Assembly: GCA_951406725.2 (NCBI GenBank)
Contig: OX597837.1
Location: 47,306,001 to 47,370,000, forward strand
From: Octopus vulgaris
Lineage: Eukaryota
DNA: 64,000 nucleotides
Reading direction: 5' to 3'
In this document: positions 52,851 to 64,000 of the stretch, one piece after another
How the letters are laid out: each line of letters begins with the position of its first letter
How positions within the stretch are numbered: the first letter of the stretch is position 1
Made by a program: the position numbers and the translations under genes
The notes under the pieces: model-generated
The model's input: only the letters and a program-made list of their open reading frames with translations
Told to the model about the DNA's origin: nothing
Databases searched by the model: none

Positions 52851-53671
52851 CTGAAATCAAGAAAGATAATCTTTACTAACTGCACGAGCATTTTACGAGA
52901 ATTTGCAGAAGAACTTGTTATATTTGTGCAATAACAGAAATCACAAGCAGAGATTTTCTCTCAACTCTGTTCATAAAATCCCTCTTGGTTTACCTCTTTA
53001 TGAATCAGTGCAACGCTGCGTGATCTCCACCCTACATCGTTGAACAGGGCCTCTGCCTCACTTCAGAGAGCTAAGCAAATCCAGTTGAGAATGCAGACAA
53101 ACCCTGGCCAGAGATTGTTATTGCTAGAGAGCCATACGTATGGCAGTAGAATTCTCTCGTAGATTTTGATTCTTTAAAATATCGCCTGAAGATTTAGCGC
53201 TTTCTCTTCCTTTTATGCAAACTATCAAATTCAGCCTGAATGTCCAGGACATTCACACACGCTTCTACTTCCCTATCACTTGCTGGGAGTCACTTGATTT
53301 TCACGACTATGCCAAACATCAATATTTTAGCCAATTGCCCATTCACTTCCCTATAACATCCTCTAACAACCCGCTTCGTTGCGCACCAACTGTCGACAGT
53401 GTTTTCTCATTTGTGAATTCCTTAATTCCTTCCAACATGTGTCCACGAAACTTTCCATCACCGCTTTTCCATCAGCTCTAATATACTCCCAGCCATCACT
53501 TGCATTTCTCATCTGTTTGCTTCTCCTTATAACAAAGAAAGACTCATCGACACACATGATATTCAGTTTCATTCCCCTTCGATATCTGCACATATGTGTC
53601 AGCCACAAAATATTCTGAGACATATTGTCGAATAATCGCTGACACCTCTAAAGAAGAAAGTCTATAATACT

Positions 53672-53744
<73 letters not shown>

Positions 53745-53803
53745 TGTGTGTGTGTTTGTGTAATTGAACCGTATATAAAAGAGATATCACCGAGAGAACT
53801 GAC

Positions 53804-53871
53804 CTTAATTGTGTAACATTATTGCCAAGATATGTGTCCGCCAACTCACTGTTTTCCATAGATTCATCGAC
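53804..53871 (-). CDS. SEA-PTS mucin, cassette 2, SEA exon B (VDESMENSELADTYLGNNVTQL-R)
   Basis: Same splice sites, 68 nt. Confidence 0.85.
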
Positions 53872-55283
53872 CTAAAAACACAAAAATAAAATTCAACATG
53901 GCTGAAATGAATGTTGATTATTGTCGCGTTTGCATTTAAGAGAAATGCTAATTGAGTATTTTTACTACTTTATTACTTTTATCATTCTCTCTACTTGAAG
54001 ATTACTTTCTTCCCACACCCCTATCCTTCGAGCTCACAATTATGTGTATTTCATGATAACAATTATCATGAAACAATATATAAATTAATATTTTAACAAT
54101 AAAAATCAAACACAATTCAATTAAAAAATTAAGTAATATTGTTATATAAATACGTTACTTATCTTATCGGAGAACATTTTATAACTGAATCTTAAACGTG
54201 AAAATGTGTTAGCGTTTATAAGAAATTAAACTCGTGAAGATGTTTTGTAAAAGGATAGAATAAATTTATTAATGAAAATGACGAAATATATTTATTAATG
54301 AAAATAACGAAAAATATTTAAGCTTCTAGAACCAAAGAATAAGAGAACAACAAATCTATAAATGACTATTTCCTATAAATTTTACAATCCTAATAATTAT
54401 TACGTAAAATATACATATTATATATAAATTAATTTATATTACTATAATTAATACATCTTAATAAATTTATATATTCATTTATTTATTAAGAAATATCCAA
54501 GTTTAAACGTATTCAGATATAGTAATATAACATATAATATTATGCTAATTTATACACTAACACTACTGAATTATATCTTCAATAAATAAGTAACATACAA
54601 TAAGGTTTTATATATCCGGAAAACCGATTATATAGGTAAGTGAATTTATGTTTGCATGTAATTATACGCTCTTCGAGTTAATTGAACGGTACATGATTAT
54701 AATTATATAATATTTCCTTAAATTCATTATTACACAATAAACAAGAATTACTCCCTATACAATATGATTTTGCCTTACAAACTTTCTCCCAAGTTAATTT
54801 ATATTTAATACATTTAGATCTAAGTTCCCAAATATATTTACTGAGGCCTGTTGAATTAATTAGATTTTTATTCCTGAAAGAATACATGAGTTGAGCCACT
54901 CTTAATTTATTTTGAAGGATATTCCTATAGCATCTAGAAAGGAATATATTTTAAAACTTATTGAAGATTTTATTACTAGGATTCAATGGAAATCCTACTA
55001 TAATAGTTGTAACATATCTAACATTAATTATGTAGAGAATAATAATAATATTAAGTCAAAGTTTAAATCTACGAAGGAACCCCTATATAATAGAGAAATA
55101 CAGGTTTTAGAGAACAATGTTTGGAAGGTAGTGTAAACTATGGTCCACTGATGGATGATAACAGCATTCTGCAACATGATGCGAAAGAAAATTGAAGAAA
55201 CCTCCAGAAGCACTGCAGAAACAATACTGCTCTGTCTTTAGAGTGAAGTTACCTGATTATTATTATACTAAAATCCATCTTAC

Positions 55284-55396
55284 CTTTGCAGAAATATCAG
55301 CAACCTTCGCTTGTGTCTCAGCATTATTAAGATCCGAATATATAGCTTTGTATTCCTCATTCAAGTGCATTTCTACATTGACCGAACTAGTAACAC
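55284..55396 (-). CDS. SEA-PTS mucin, cassette 2, SEA exon A
   Basis: Near-identical to 63038-63150 (ends VADISAK), same splice sites. Confidence 0.85.
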
Positions 55397-55448
55397 CTGT
55401 AGAAGAAATGACAGTGTGACAATCTGTAAAATTCTTGGCCTTTAATTA

Positions 55449-55509
<61 letters not shown>

Positions 55510-55956
55510 CATTGAGTGAGAGAGCAGTTCATGCCATCAAAGTGACACTGGGGTAAAATATACGAAGCCCAATATACCCATCATAACTACCCGTCTGATA
55601 AAGGTACATCAGGCACATGCATCACAACCATATGTGTGCGACATGGTGATCTCATATCAAGATAAACAGCACATGACCTTGCAGGTGGGGCCCAGTTAGA
55701 ATTTTCTTCAGGTTGAGTAGCCCATCCCGCTCAAAAGGTCCCTGAATAAGGGTTGTTTAAGGATGTTGAAAGAACCACCCATGTTTCCAGAGGTGAACTA
55801 TTCAAACCCCAAAGAATCCCTCTCAACACATGGCTATGATGCTCCCACACTACTTCTGCTCGTGATCAGAGATGCACATATCGTCAGCCACTAAGGGACA
55901 TGCTCAACTGGTTACGGTCAAACAACTGACAAGCAAATCTGTGGTATTGAGCAGAA

Positions 55957-56038
<82 letters not shown>

Positions 56039-56228
56039 AAGAGAGAGAAAGATAGATTACAAAAGTTGTGGAGAATATTAGTATTTTCTAATCTACATAT
56101 GGGTGTTTTCTAAAGAATATAATTTTCGATCTGATATGTTGGTTGGACTCAAAGAGCAAATGAAATCGACACAACAACACGCAAACACACACACATAAAC
56201 ACACACACCCAAACACAAACAAACAGAA

Positions 56229-56300
<72 letters not shown>

Positions 56301-57221
56301 GTATGCATAAATGCGCGTGTGTGTACATATATATATATAAAGTCAGGGAGACAGAGAGAGAGAAGGAGCGAAAGACGGAGCAAATAATATAAGTGTTTAT
56401 GAATATTATTATATATGTATATTATCATTATTTATGTCTATGTATATAATTATACGGTGGCAAGGATCCTCTAAATTCACGCCATGCAATACTGTGATTA
56501 TGATGCACTACAGAAAAGGAGACGAGACCATTACACAGGACGCTCCTCTGTCGTCCAATAAAAACTTACCTCCAGTTCTCTCCTCTATTAACGTTTAGTG
56601 CAGAAGCGATCAACTACAACAAATGTAATACCTTTCCAAAGGCATTTAAAGCACCGACTGCTGCCAGAATGGAGCAGATCAACAAAAGATCAACAGTTGA
56701 TCAGCAAAATATCGCCAAAGGTAAAAGCAAATACTCAAACACACCGACAGAGTAATACTTAGGAAGAAATGCACGGAGTTACCTGTTCAGTCCCCTTCGG
56801 CAGGCAAAGCTTCGTACTTCTATTATTGCAGTGAACTGAATAAGCGGATTCAGTAATGATTCTTACTTGGATATTATGGAGACTACTAGATGTATTCATG
56901 TAGCTATTAGTGTCTATGTATGAAGAGACCAGTGTTTACCTGTATCTAATTGTAAGACAGTGTCTTTGGAAATGGGTTTCATTCAACATCATTATGCATG
57001 TAACAACCTCAATATTTACGATAATAGTTACGTTGAAAAAAATTCCATTCTGTATTTCCAGCCAAGGCGATTTCACGTCGACAAGATCGTCGATATTTCA
57101 CTTTCGTTGAGATTAGATCAAGCAAGACACACCAATCGATGTCAGGATGAGAGAGGTGTCAGAATCTGATCGTTGCAAAAAGAAATCGGAGAGAAGATGT
57201 TGCAGAGACTAAAACACTTAC

Positions 57222-60065
57222 CTGTTGTCGTTGGTTCTTCAGTTGTGACTGTTGTTGATTCTTCAGTTGTTACAGTTGTTTGTTCATTAGTTGTGACTGT
57301 TGTTGGTTCTTCAGTTGTGACTGTTGTTGGTTCTTCAGTTTTGAGTGTTGTTGGTTCTTCAGTTGTTACTGTTGTTTGTTCTTCAGTTGTTACTGTTGTT
57401 GTTGGTTCATCAGTTGTTACTGTTTTTGATTCTTCAGTTGTTATAGTTGATTTTTCATCAGTTGTTACTGTTGTTGGTTCATCAGTTGTTACTGTTTTTG
57501 ATTCTTCAGTTGTGTCTGTTGTTGGTTCTTCAGTTGTTACTGTTTTTGTTTGTTCATCAGTTGTTACTGTTGTTTGTTCTTGAGGTGTGACTATTGTTGT
57601 TGGTTCTTCAGTTGTTAGTGTTGTTGGTTCATCAGTTGTTACTGTTTTTGATTCTTCAGTTGTTATAGTTGATTTTTCATCAGTTGTTACTGTTGTTGGT
57701 TCATCAGTTGTTACTGTTTTTGATTCTTCAGTTGTGTCTGTTGTTGGTTCTTCAGTTGTTACTGTTTTTGTTGGTTCATCAGTTGTTACTGTTGTTTGTT
57801 CTTGAGGTGTGACTATTGTTGTTGGTTCTTCAGTTGTTACTGTTGTTTGTTCTTGAGGTGTGACTATTGTTGTTGGTGCTTCAGTTGTAACAGTTGTTGT
57901 TGTTGGTTCTTCAGTTGTTACTGTCGTTGTTGGTTCTTCAGTTGTGACTGTTGTTGTTGGTTCTTCAGTTGTGACTGTTGTTGTTGGTTCTTCAGTTGTA
58001 ACAGTTGTTGTTGATTCTTCAGTTGTGACTGTTGCTGTTGGTTCTTCAGTTGTGACTGTTGTTGTTGGTTCTTCAGTTATTACTGTTGTTGGTGGTTCAG
58101 TTGTTACTGTTGTTTGTTCTTGAGGTGTGACTATTGTTGTTGGTGCTTCAGTTGTAACAGTTGTTGTTGTTGGTTCTTCAGTTGTTACTGTTGTTGTTGG
58201 TTCTTCAGTTGTGACTGTTGTTGTTGGTTCTTCAGTTGTGACTGTCGTTGTTGGTTCTTCAGTTGTAACAGTTGTTGTTGATTCTTCAGTTGTGACTGTT
58301 GCTGTTGGTTCTTCAGTTGTGACTGTTGTTGTTGGTTCTTCAGTTGGAACAGTTGTTGTTGTTGGTTCCTCAGTTGTATCAGTTGTTGTTGTTGGTTCTT
58401 CAGTTGTTACTGTTGTTGTTGGTTCTTCAGTTGTGACTGCTGTTGTTGGTTCTTCAGTTGTGACTGTTGTTGTTGATTCTTCAGTTGTGACTGTAGTTGT
58501 TCGTGCTTCAGTTGTGGCTGTTGTTGTTGGTTCTTCAGTTGTTACTGTTGTTGTTGGTTCTTCCTCTGTAACTGCTGTCGTTGGTTCTTCGGTTGTAACA
58601 GTTGTTGTTGTTGGTTCTTCAGTTGTGGTTGTTGTTGTTGGTTCTTCAGTTATAACAGTTGTTGTTGTTGGTTCTTCAGTTGTGACTGTTGTTGTTGGTT
58701 CTTCAGTTGTCAGAGTTGTTGTTGTTGGTTCTTCGGTCGTGGTTGTTGTTGTTGGTTCTTCAGTTTTAACAGTTGTTGTTGTTGGTTCTTCAGTTGTTAC
58801 TGTTGTTGTTGGTTCTTCAGTTGTTACTGTTGTTGTTGGTTCTTCAGTTGTTACTGGTGTTGTTGGTGCTTCAGTTGTTACTGTTGTTGTTGATTCTTCA
58901 GTTGTTTCTGTTGTTGTTGGTTCATCAGTTGTAACAGTTGTTGTTGTTGGTTCTTCAGTTGTGGTTGTTGTTGTTGGTTCTTCAGTTGTAACAGTTGTTG
59001 TAATTGGTTCTTCAGTTGTTACTGTTGTTGTTGGTTCTTCAGTTCTGACTGCTGTTGATGGTTCTTCAGTTGTGGCTGTTGTTGTTGTTTGTTCTTCATT
59101 TGTGACTGTCGTTTGTTCTTGAGGTGTGACTGTTGTTGTTGGTCCTTCAGTTGTAACAGTTGTTTTTGTTGGATCTTCAGTTGTGACTGTTGTTTGTTCT
59201 TGAAGCATGACTGTTGTTCTTGGTTCTTCAGTTGTAACTGTTGTTGTTTCATGAGTTGTGACTGATGTTGTTGGTTCTTCAGTTGTGACTGTTGTTGTTG
59301 TTGTTTCTTCAGTTGTGACTGATGTTGTTGGTTTTTCAGTTGTGACTGTTGTTGTCGTTGTTTCTTCAGTTGTGACTTTTGTTGTTGGTTCTACAGTTGT
59401 GACTGTTGTTGTTGGTTGTTCAGTTGTGACTGTTGTTGTTGGTTCTTCAGTTGTGACTGTTGTTGTTGGTTCTTCAGTTGTGACTGTTGTTGTTGGTTCT
59501 TCAGTTGTGACTGTTGTTGTTGTTTGTTGTTTAGTTGTGACTGTTGTTGTTGGTTCTTCAGTTGTGGCTGTTGTTGTTGTTGTTTCTTCAGTTGTGACTG
59601 ATGTTGTTGGTTTTTCAGTTGTGACTGTTGTTGTTGTTTCTTCAGTTGTGACTGTTGTTGTTGGTTCTACAGTTTTGACTGTTGTTGTTGGTTGTTCAGT
59701 TGTGACTGTTGTTGTTGGTTCTTCAGTTGTGACTGTTGTTGTTGTTGGTTGTTCCGTTGTGACTGATGTTGTTGGTTCTTCAGTTGTGACTGTTGTTGTT
59801 GTTGTTTCTTCAGTTGTGACTGATGTTGTTGGTTTTTCAGTTGTGACTGTTGTTGTCGTTGTTTCTTCAGTTGTGACTTTTGTTGTTGGTTCTTCAGTTG
59901 TGGCTGTTGTTGTTGGTTGTTCAGTTGTGACTGTTGTTGTTGGTTCATCAGTTGTGACTGTTGTTGTTGTTGGTTGTTTAGTTGTGACTGTTGTTGTTGG
60001 TTCTTCAGTTGTGGCTGTTGTTGTTAATTCTTCAGTCGTGCCTGTTGTTGTTTGTTGTACAGTAT
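57222..60065 (-). CDS. SEA-PTS mucin, cassette 3, PTS exon (~948 codons, TTTVTTEEP repeats)
   Basis: Acceptor atttttacag| and donor CAG|gtaagt; 2844 nt (multiple of 3), phase 1-1, fully open (inside ORF 57142..60093). Confidence 0.92.
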
Positions 60066-60223
60066 CTGTAAAAATATAATGCATGTTACACAATCTGTAT
60101 TTCTAATGCGTATCATACGTTTATGTTTTATTGGGAGTGGTACCTCTCACTGATATATTGTTGTGTTGAAATTGACTCTAAAACATATAATACTAAGAAA
60201 GTTAAATAGTCGTCGTCGTCGTC

Positions 60224-60298
<75 letters not shown>

Positions 60299-60495
60299 AT
60301 AGTTGTAGTAGTAGTAGTAGTTTTAGTAGTAGTATTAATCGTAGTTGTAGTAGTTGTTGTCGTATTAGTATTTGTAGTAGCAGTTATAGTAGTAGTTCAT
60401 TTCATTTTTGCTGCCTTTCAAATAAGTTACGGTTTTATCCTGATAAAATTTACTGTGAAAGAATATAATACATCTGTTCGAATCTTTGCACTTAC

Positions 60496-60623
60496 TTTCG
60501 GAATTCACTTTCGTCTTTTCTCCTATTACACCTGTAATATTATTGATGGTTTCGCGGACAATCTCTACCTGGGGATCTGCACGTTTGAATTCCATAATCA
60601 GGTCTGCAATCAGGCTACCGTTT
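60496..60623 (-). CDS. SEA-PTS mucin, cassette 3, SEA exon C (NGSLIADLIMEFKRADPQVEIVRETINNITGVIGEKTKVNSE)
   Basis: Acceptor tttcttgatttcag| and donor GAAA|gtaagt; 128 nt, phase 2-1. Splicing to exon B forms LRNGSLIA, matching the SEA G-S-hydrophobic motif. Confidence 0.88.
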
Positions 60624-61444
60624 CTGAAATCAAGAAAGATAATCTTTACTAACTGCACGAGCATTTTACGAGAATTTGCAGAAGAACTTGTTATATTTGT
60701 GCAATAACAGAAATCACAAGCAGAGATTTTCTCTCAACTCTGTTCATAAAATCCCTCTTGGTTTACCTCTTTATGAATCAGTGCAACGCTGCGTGATCTC
60801 CACCCTACATCGTTGAACAGGGCCTCTGCCTCACTTCAGAGAGCTAAGCAAATCCAGTTGAGAATGCAGACAAACCCTGGCCAGAGATTGTTATTGCTAG
60901 AGAGCCATACGTATGGCTGTAGAATTCTCTCGTAGATTTTGATTCTTTAAAATATCGCCTGAAGATTTAGCGCTTTCTCTTCCTTTTATGCAAACTATCA
61001 AATTCAGCCTGAATGTCCAGAATATTCACACACGCTTCTCCTTCCCTAACACTTGCTGGGAGTCACTTGATTTTCACGACTATGCCAAACATCAATATTT
61101 TAGCCAATTGCCCATTCACTTCCCTATAACAGCCTCTAACAACCCGCTTCGTTGCGCACCAACTGTCGACAGTGTTTTCTCATTTGTGAATTCCTTAATT
61201 CCTTCCAACATGTGTCCACGAAACTTTCCATCACCGCTTTTCCATCAGCTCTAATATACTCCCAGCCATCGCTTGCATTTCTCATCTGTTTGCTTCTCCT
61301 TATAACAAAGAAAGACTCATCGACACACATGATATTCAGTTTCATTCCCCTTCGATATCTGCACATATGTGTCAGCCACAAAATATTCTGAGACATATTG
61401 TCGAATAATCGCTGACACCTCTGAAGATGAAAATCTATAATACT

Positions 61445-61482
<38 letters not shown>

Positions 61483-61542
61483 GTGTGTGTGTGTTTGTGT
61501 AATTGAACCGTATTTAAAAGAGACTTCACCGATAGAACTGAC

Positions 61543-61610
61543 CTTAATTGTGTAACATTATTGCCAAGATATGTGTCCGCCAACTCACTGTTTTCCATAG
61601 ATCCATCGAC
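61543..61610 (-). CDS. SEA-PTS mucin, cassette 3, SEA exon B (VDGSMENSELADTYLGNNVTQL-R)
   Basis: Acceptor ttttgtgtttttag| and donor AG|gtcagt; 68 nt, phase 0-2, in frame with exons A and C. Confidence 0.85.
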
Positions 61611-63037
61611 CTAAAAACACAAAAATAAAATTCAAAATGGCTGAAATGAATGTTGATTATTGAAGCGTTTGCAATATTTGCCATTATAAGAGATGCTTTT
61701 TTTTGTAAAATATTCTCTGTGTTTTGAATGTTGGAAATATTTCTCGAAATGCTAATTGAGTATATTTACTACTTTATTACTTTCATCATTCTCTCTACTT
61801 GAAGATTACTTTCTTCCTACACCCCTATCCTTCGAGCTCACAATTATGTGTATTTCAGGATAACAATTATCATGAAACAATATATAAATTAATATTTTAA
61901 CAATAAAAATCAAACACAATTCAATTAAAAAATTAAGTAATATTGTTATATAAATACGTTACTTATCTTATCGGAGAACATTTTATAACTGAATCTTAAA
62001 CGTGAAAATGTGTTAGCGTTTATAAGAAATTAAACTCGTGAAGATGTTTTGTAAAAGGATAGAATAAATTTATTAATGAAAATGAAGAAATATATTTATT
62101 AATGAAAATAACGAAAAATATTTAAGCTTCTAGAATCAAAGTATAAGAGAACAACAAATCTATAAATGACTATTTCCCATAAATTTTACAATCCTAAAAA
62201 TTATTACGTAAAATATACATATTATAAATAAATTAATTTATATTACTATAATTAATACATCTTAATAAATTTATATATTCATTTATTTATTAAGAAATAT
62301 CCAAGTTTAAACATATTCAGATATAATAATATAACATATAATATCATGCTAATTTATACACTAACACTACTGAATTATATCTTCAATAAATAAGTAACAT
62401 ACAATAGGGTTTTATATAGACGTAAAACCTATTATATAGGTAAATGAATTTATGTTTGCATTTAATTCTACGCTCTTTGGGTTACTTGAACGATACATAA
62501 TTATAATTAAATAATATTTCCTTAAATTCATTATTACACAATAAACAAGAATTACTCCCTATACAATATGATTTTGCCTTACAAACTTTCTCCCAAGTTA
62601 ATTTATATTTAATACATTTAGATCTAAGTTCCCAAATGTATTTACTGAGGCCTGTTGAATTAATTAGATTTCTATTCCTAAAGGAATACATGAGTTGAGT
62701 ATTTTAAAACTTATTAAAGATTTTATTACTAGGATTCAATGGAAATCCTACTATAATAGTTGTAACATATCTAACATTAATTATGTAGAGAATAATAATA
62801 ATATTAAGTCAAAGTTTAATTCTACGTAAGAACCCCTATATAATAGAGAAATACAGGTTTTAGAGGACAATATTTGGAAGGTAGTGAAAACTATGTTCCA
62901 CTGATGGATGATAACAGCATTCTGCAACATGATGCGAAAGAAAAACTGAAAAAACCTCCAGAAGCACTGCAGAAACAATACTGCTCTGTCTTTAGAGTGA
63001 AGTTACCTGATTATTATTATACTAAAATCCATCTTAC

Positions 63038-63150
63038 CTTTGCAGAAATCTCAGCAACCTTCGCTTGTGTCTCAGCATTATTAAGATCCGAATATATAGC
63101 TTTGTATTCCTCATTCAAGTGCATTTCTACATTGACCGAACTAGTAACAC
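63038..63150 (-). CDS. SEA-PTS mucin, cassette 3, SEA exon A (G-VTSSVNVEMHLNEEYKAIYSDLNNAETQAKVAEISAK)
   Basis: Acceptor catttcttctacag| and donor AAG|gtaaga; 113 nt, phase 1-0, open. Resembles the SEA N-terminal strand plus 'Y..DL.N..' helix. Repeated three times. Confidence 0.85.
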
Positions 63151-63220
63151 CTGTAGAAGAAATGACAGTGTGACATTCTATAAAATTATTGGCTTTTAAT
63201 TACCATTACTATTATTATTA

Positions 63221-63293
<73 letters not shown>

Positions 63294-63744
63294 CATTGAG
63301 TGAGAGAGCAGTTCATGCCATCAAAGTGACACTGGGGTAAAATATACGAAGCCCAATATACCCATCATAACTACCCGTCTGATAAAGGTACATCAGGCAC
63401 ATGCATCACAACCATATGTGTGCGACATGGTGATCTCATATCAAGATAAACAGCACATGACCTTGCAGGTGGGGCCCAGTTAGAATTTTCTTCAGGTTGA
63501 GTAGCCCATCCCGCTCAAAAGGTCGCTGAATAAGGGTTGTTTAAGGATGTTGAAAGAACCACCCATGTTTCCAGAGGTGAACTATTCAAACGCCAAAGAA
63601 TCCTTCTCAACACATGGCTATGATTCTCCCACACTACTTCTGCTCGTGATCAGAGATGCACATATCGTCAGCCACTAAGGGACATGCTCAACTGGTTAAG
63701 GTCAAACAACTGACAAGCAAATCTGTGGTATTGAGCAGAATATT

Positions 63745-63802
<58 letters not shown>

Positions 63803-64000
63803 GATAGATATATAGATAGATAGATAGATAGATAGATAGATTGATCGATAGATAGAGAAAGAGAGAGAAAGATAGATTACAAAAGTTGTGGAAAATATTA
63901 GTATTTTCTAATCTACATATGGGTGTTTTCTAAAGAATATAATTTTCGATCTGATATGTTGGTTGGACTCAAAGAGCAAATGAAATCGACACAACAACAC

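Noticed and set aside
49130-60079. Plus-strand 'VTVVVGSSV' ORFs
   Set aside because: Reverse-frame shadows of the PTS exons.
60066-60093. ATG start 'MCNMHYIFTD' of the PTS ORFs as a true N-terminus
   Set aside because: It lies in the intron just upstream of a good acceptor (atttttacag) and encodes no signal peptide.

Overview
AT-rich, repeat-dense metazoan genomic DNA. The SINE/LINE and microsatellite content looks octopus/cephalopod-like (inference). Positions 1-31.7 kb are mostly decayed transposons (Penelope-like, Ty3/gypsy gag, Tx1/L1, R4/Dong, CR1, mariner, Helitron-like, SINEs), microsatellites and one intact tRNA-Phe(GAA). Positions 31.7-64 kb are a tandem array of ~8 kb near-identical cassettes on the minus strand. 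Each cassette has three small exons that splice in frame into a SEA domain carrying an LRNG|SLIA cleavage-type motif, followed by one giant Thr-rich (PTS) exon. Splice phases (1-0, 0-2, 2-1, 1-1) let the cassettes join into one [SEA-PTS]n mucin that enters from beyond the right edge. The last PTS exon uses a different His/Gln repeat, is ~11.5 kb long and is frameshifted. Older decayed PTS-like exons lie downstream at 28-30 kb.
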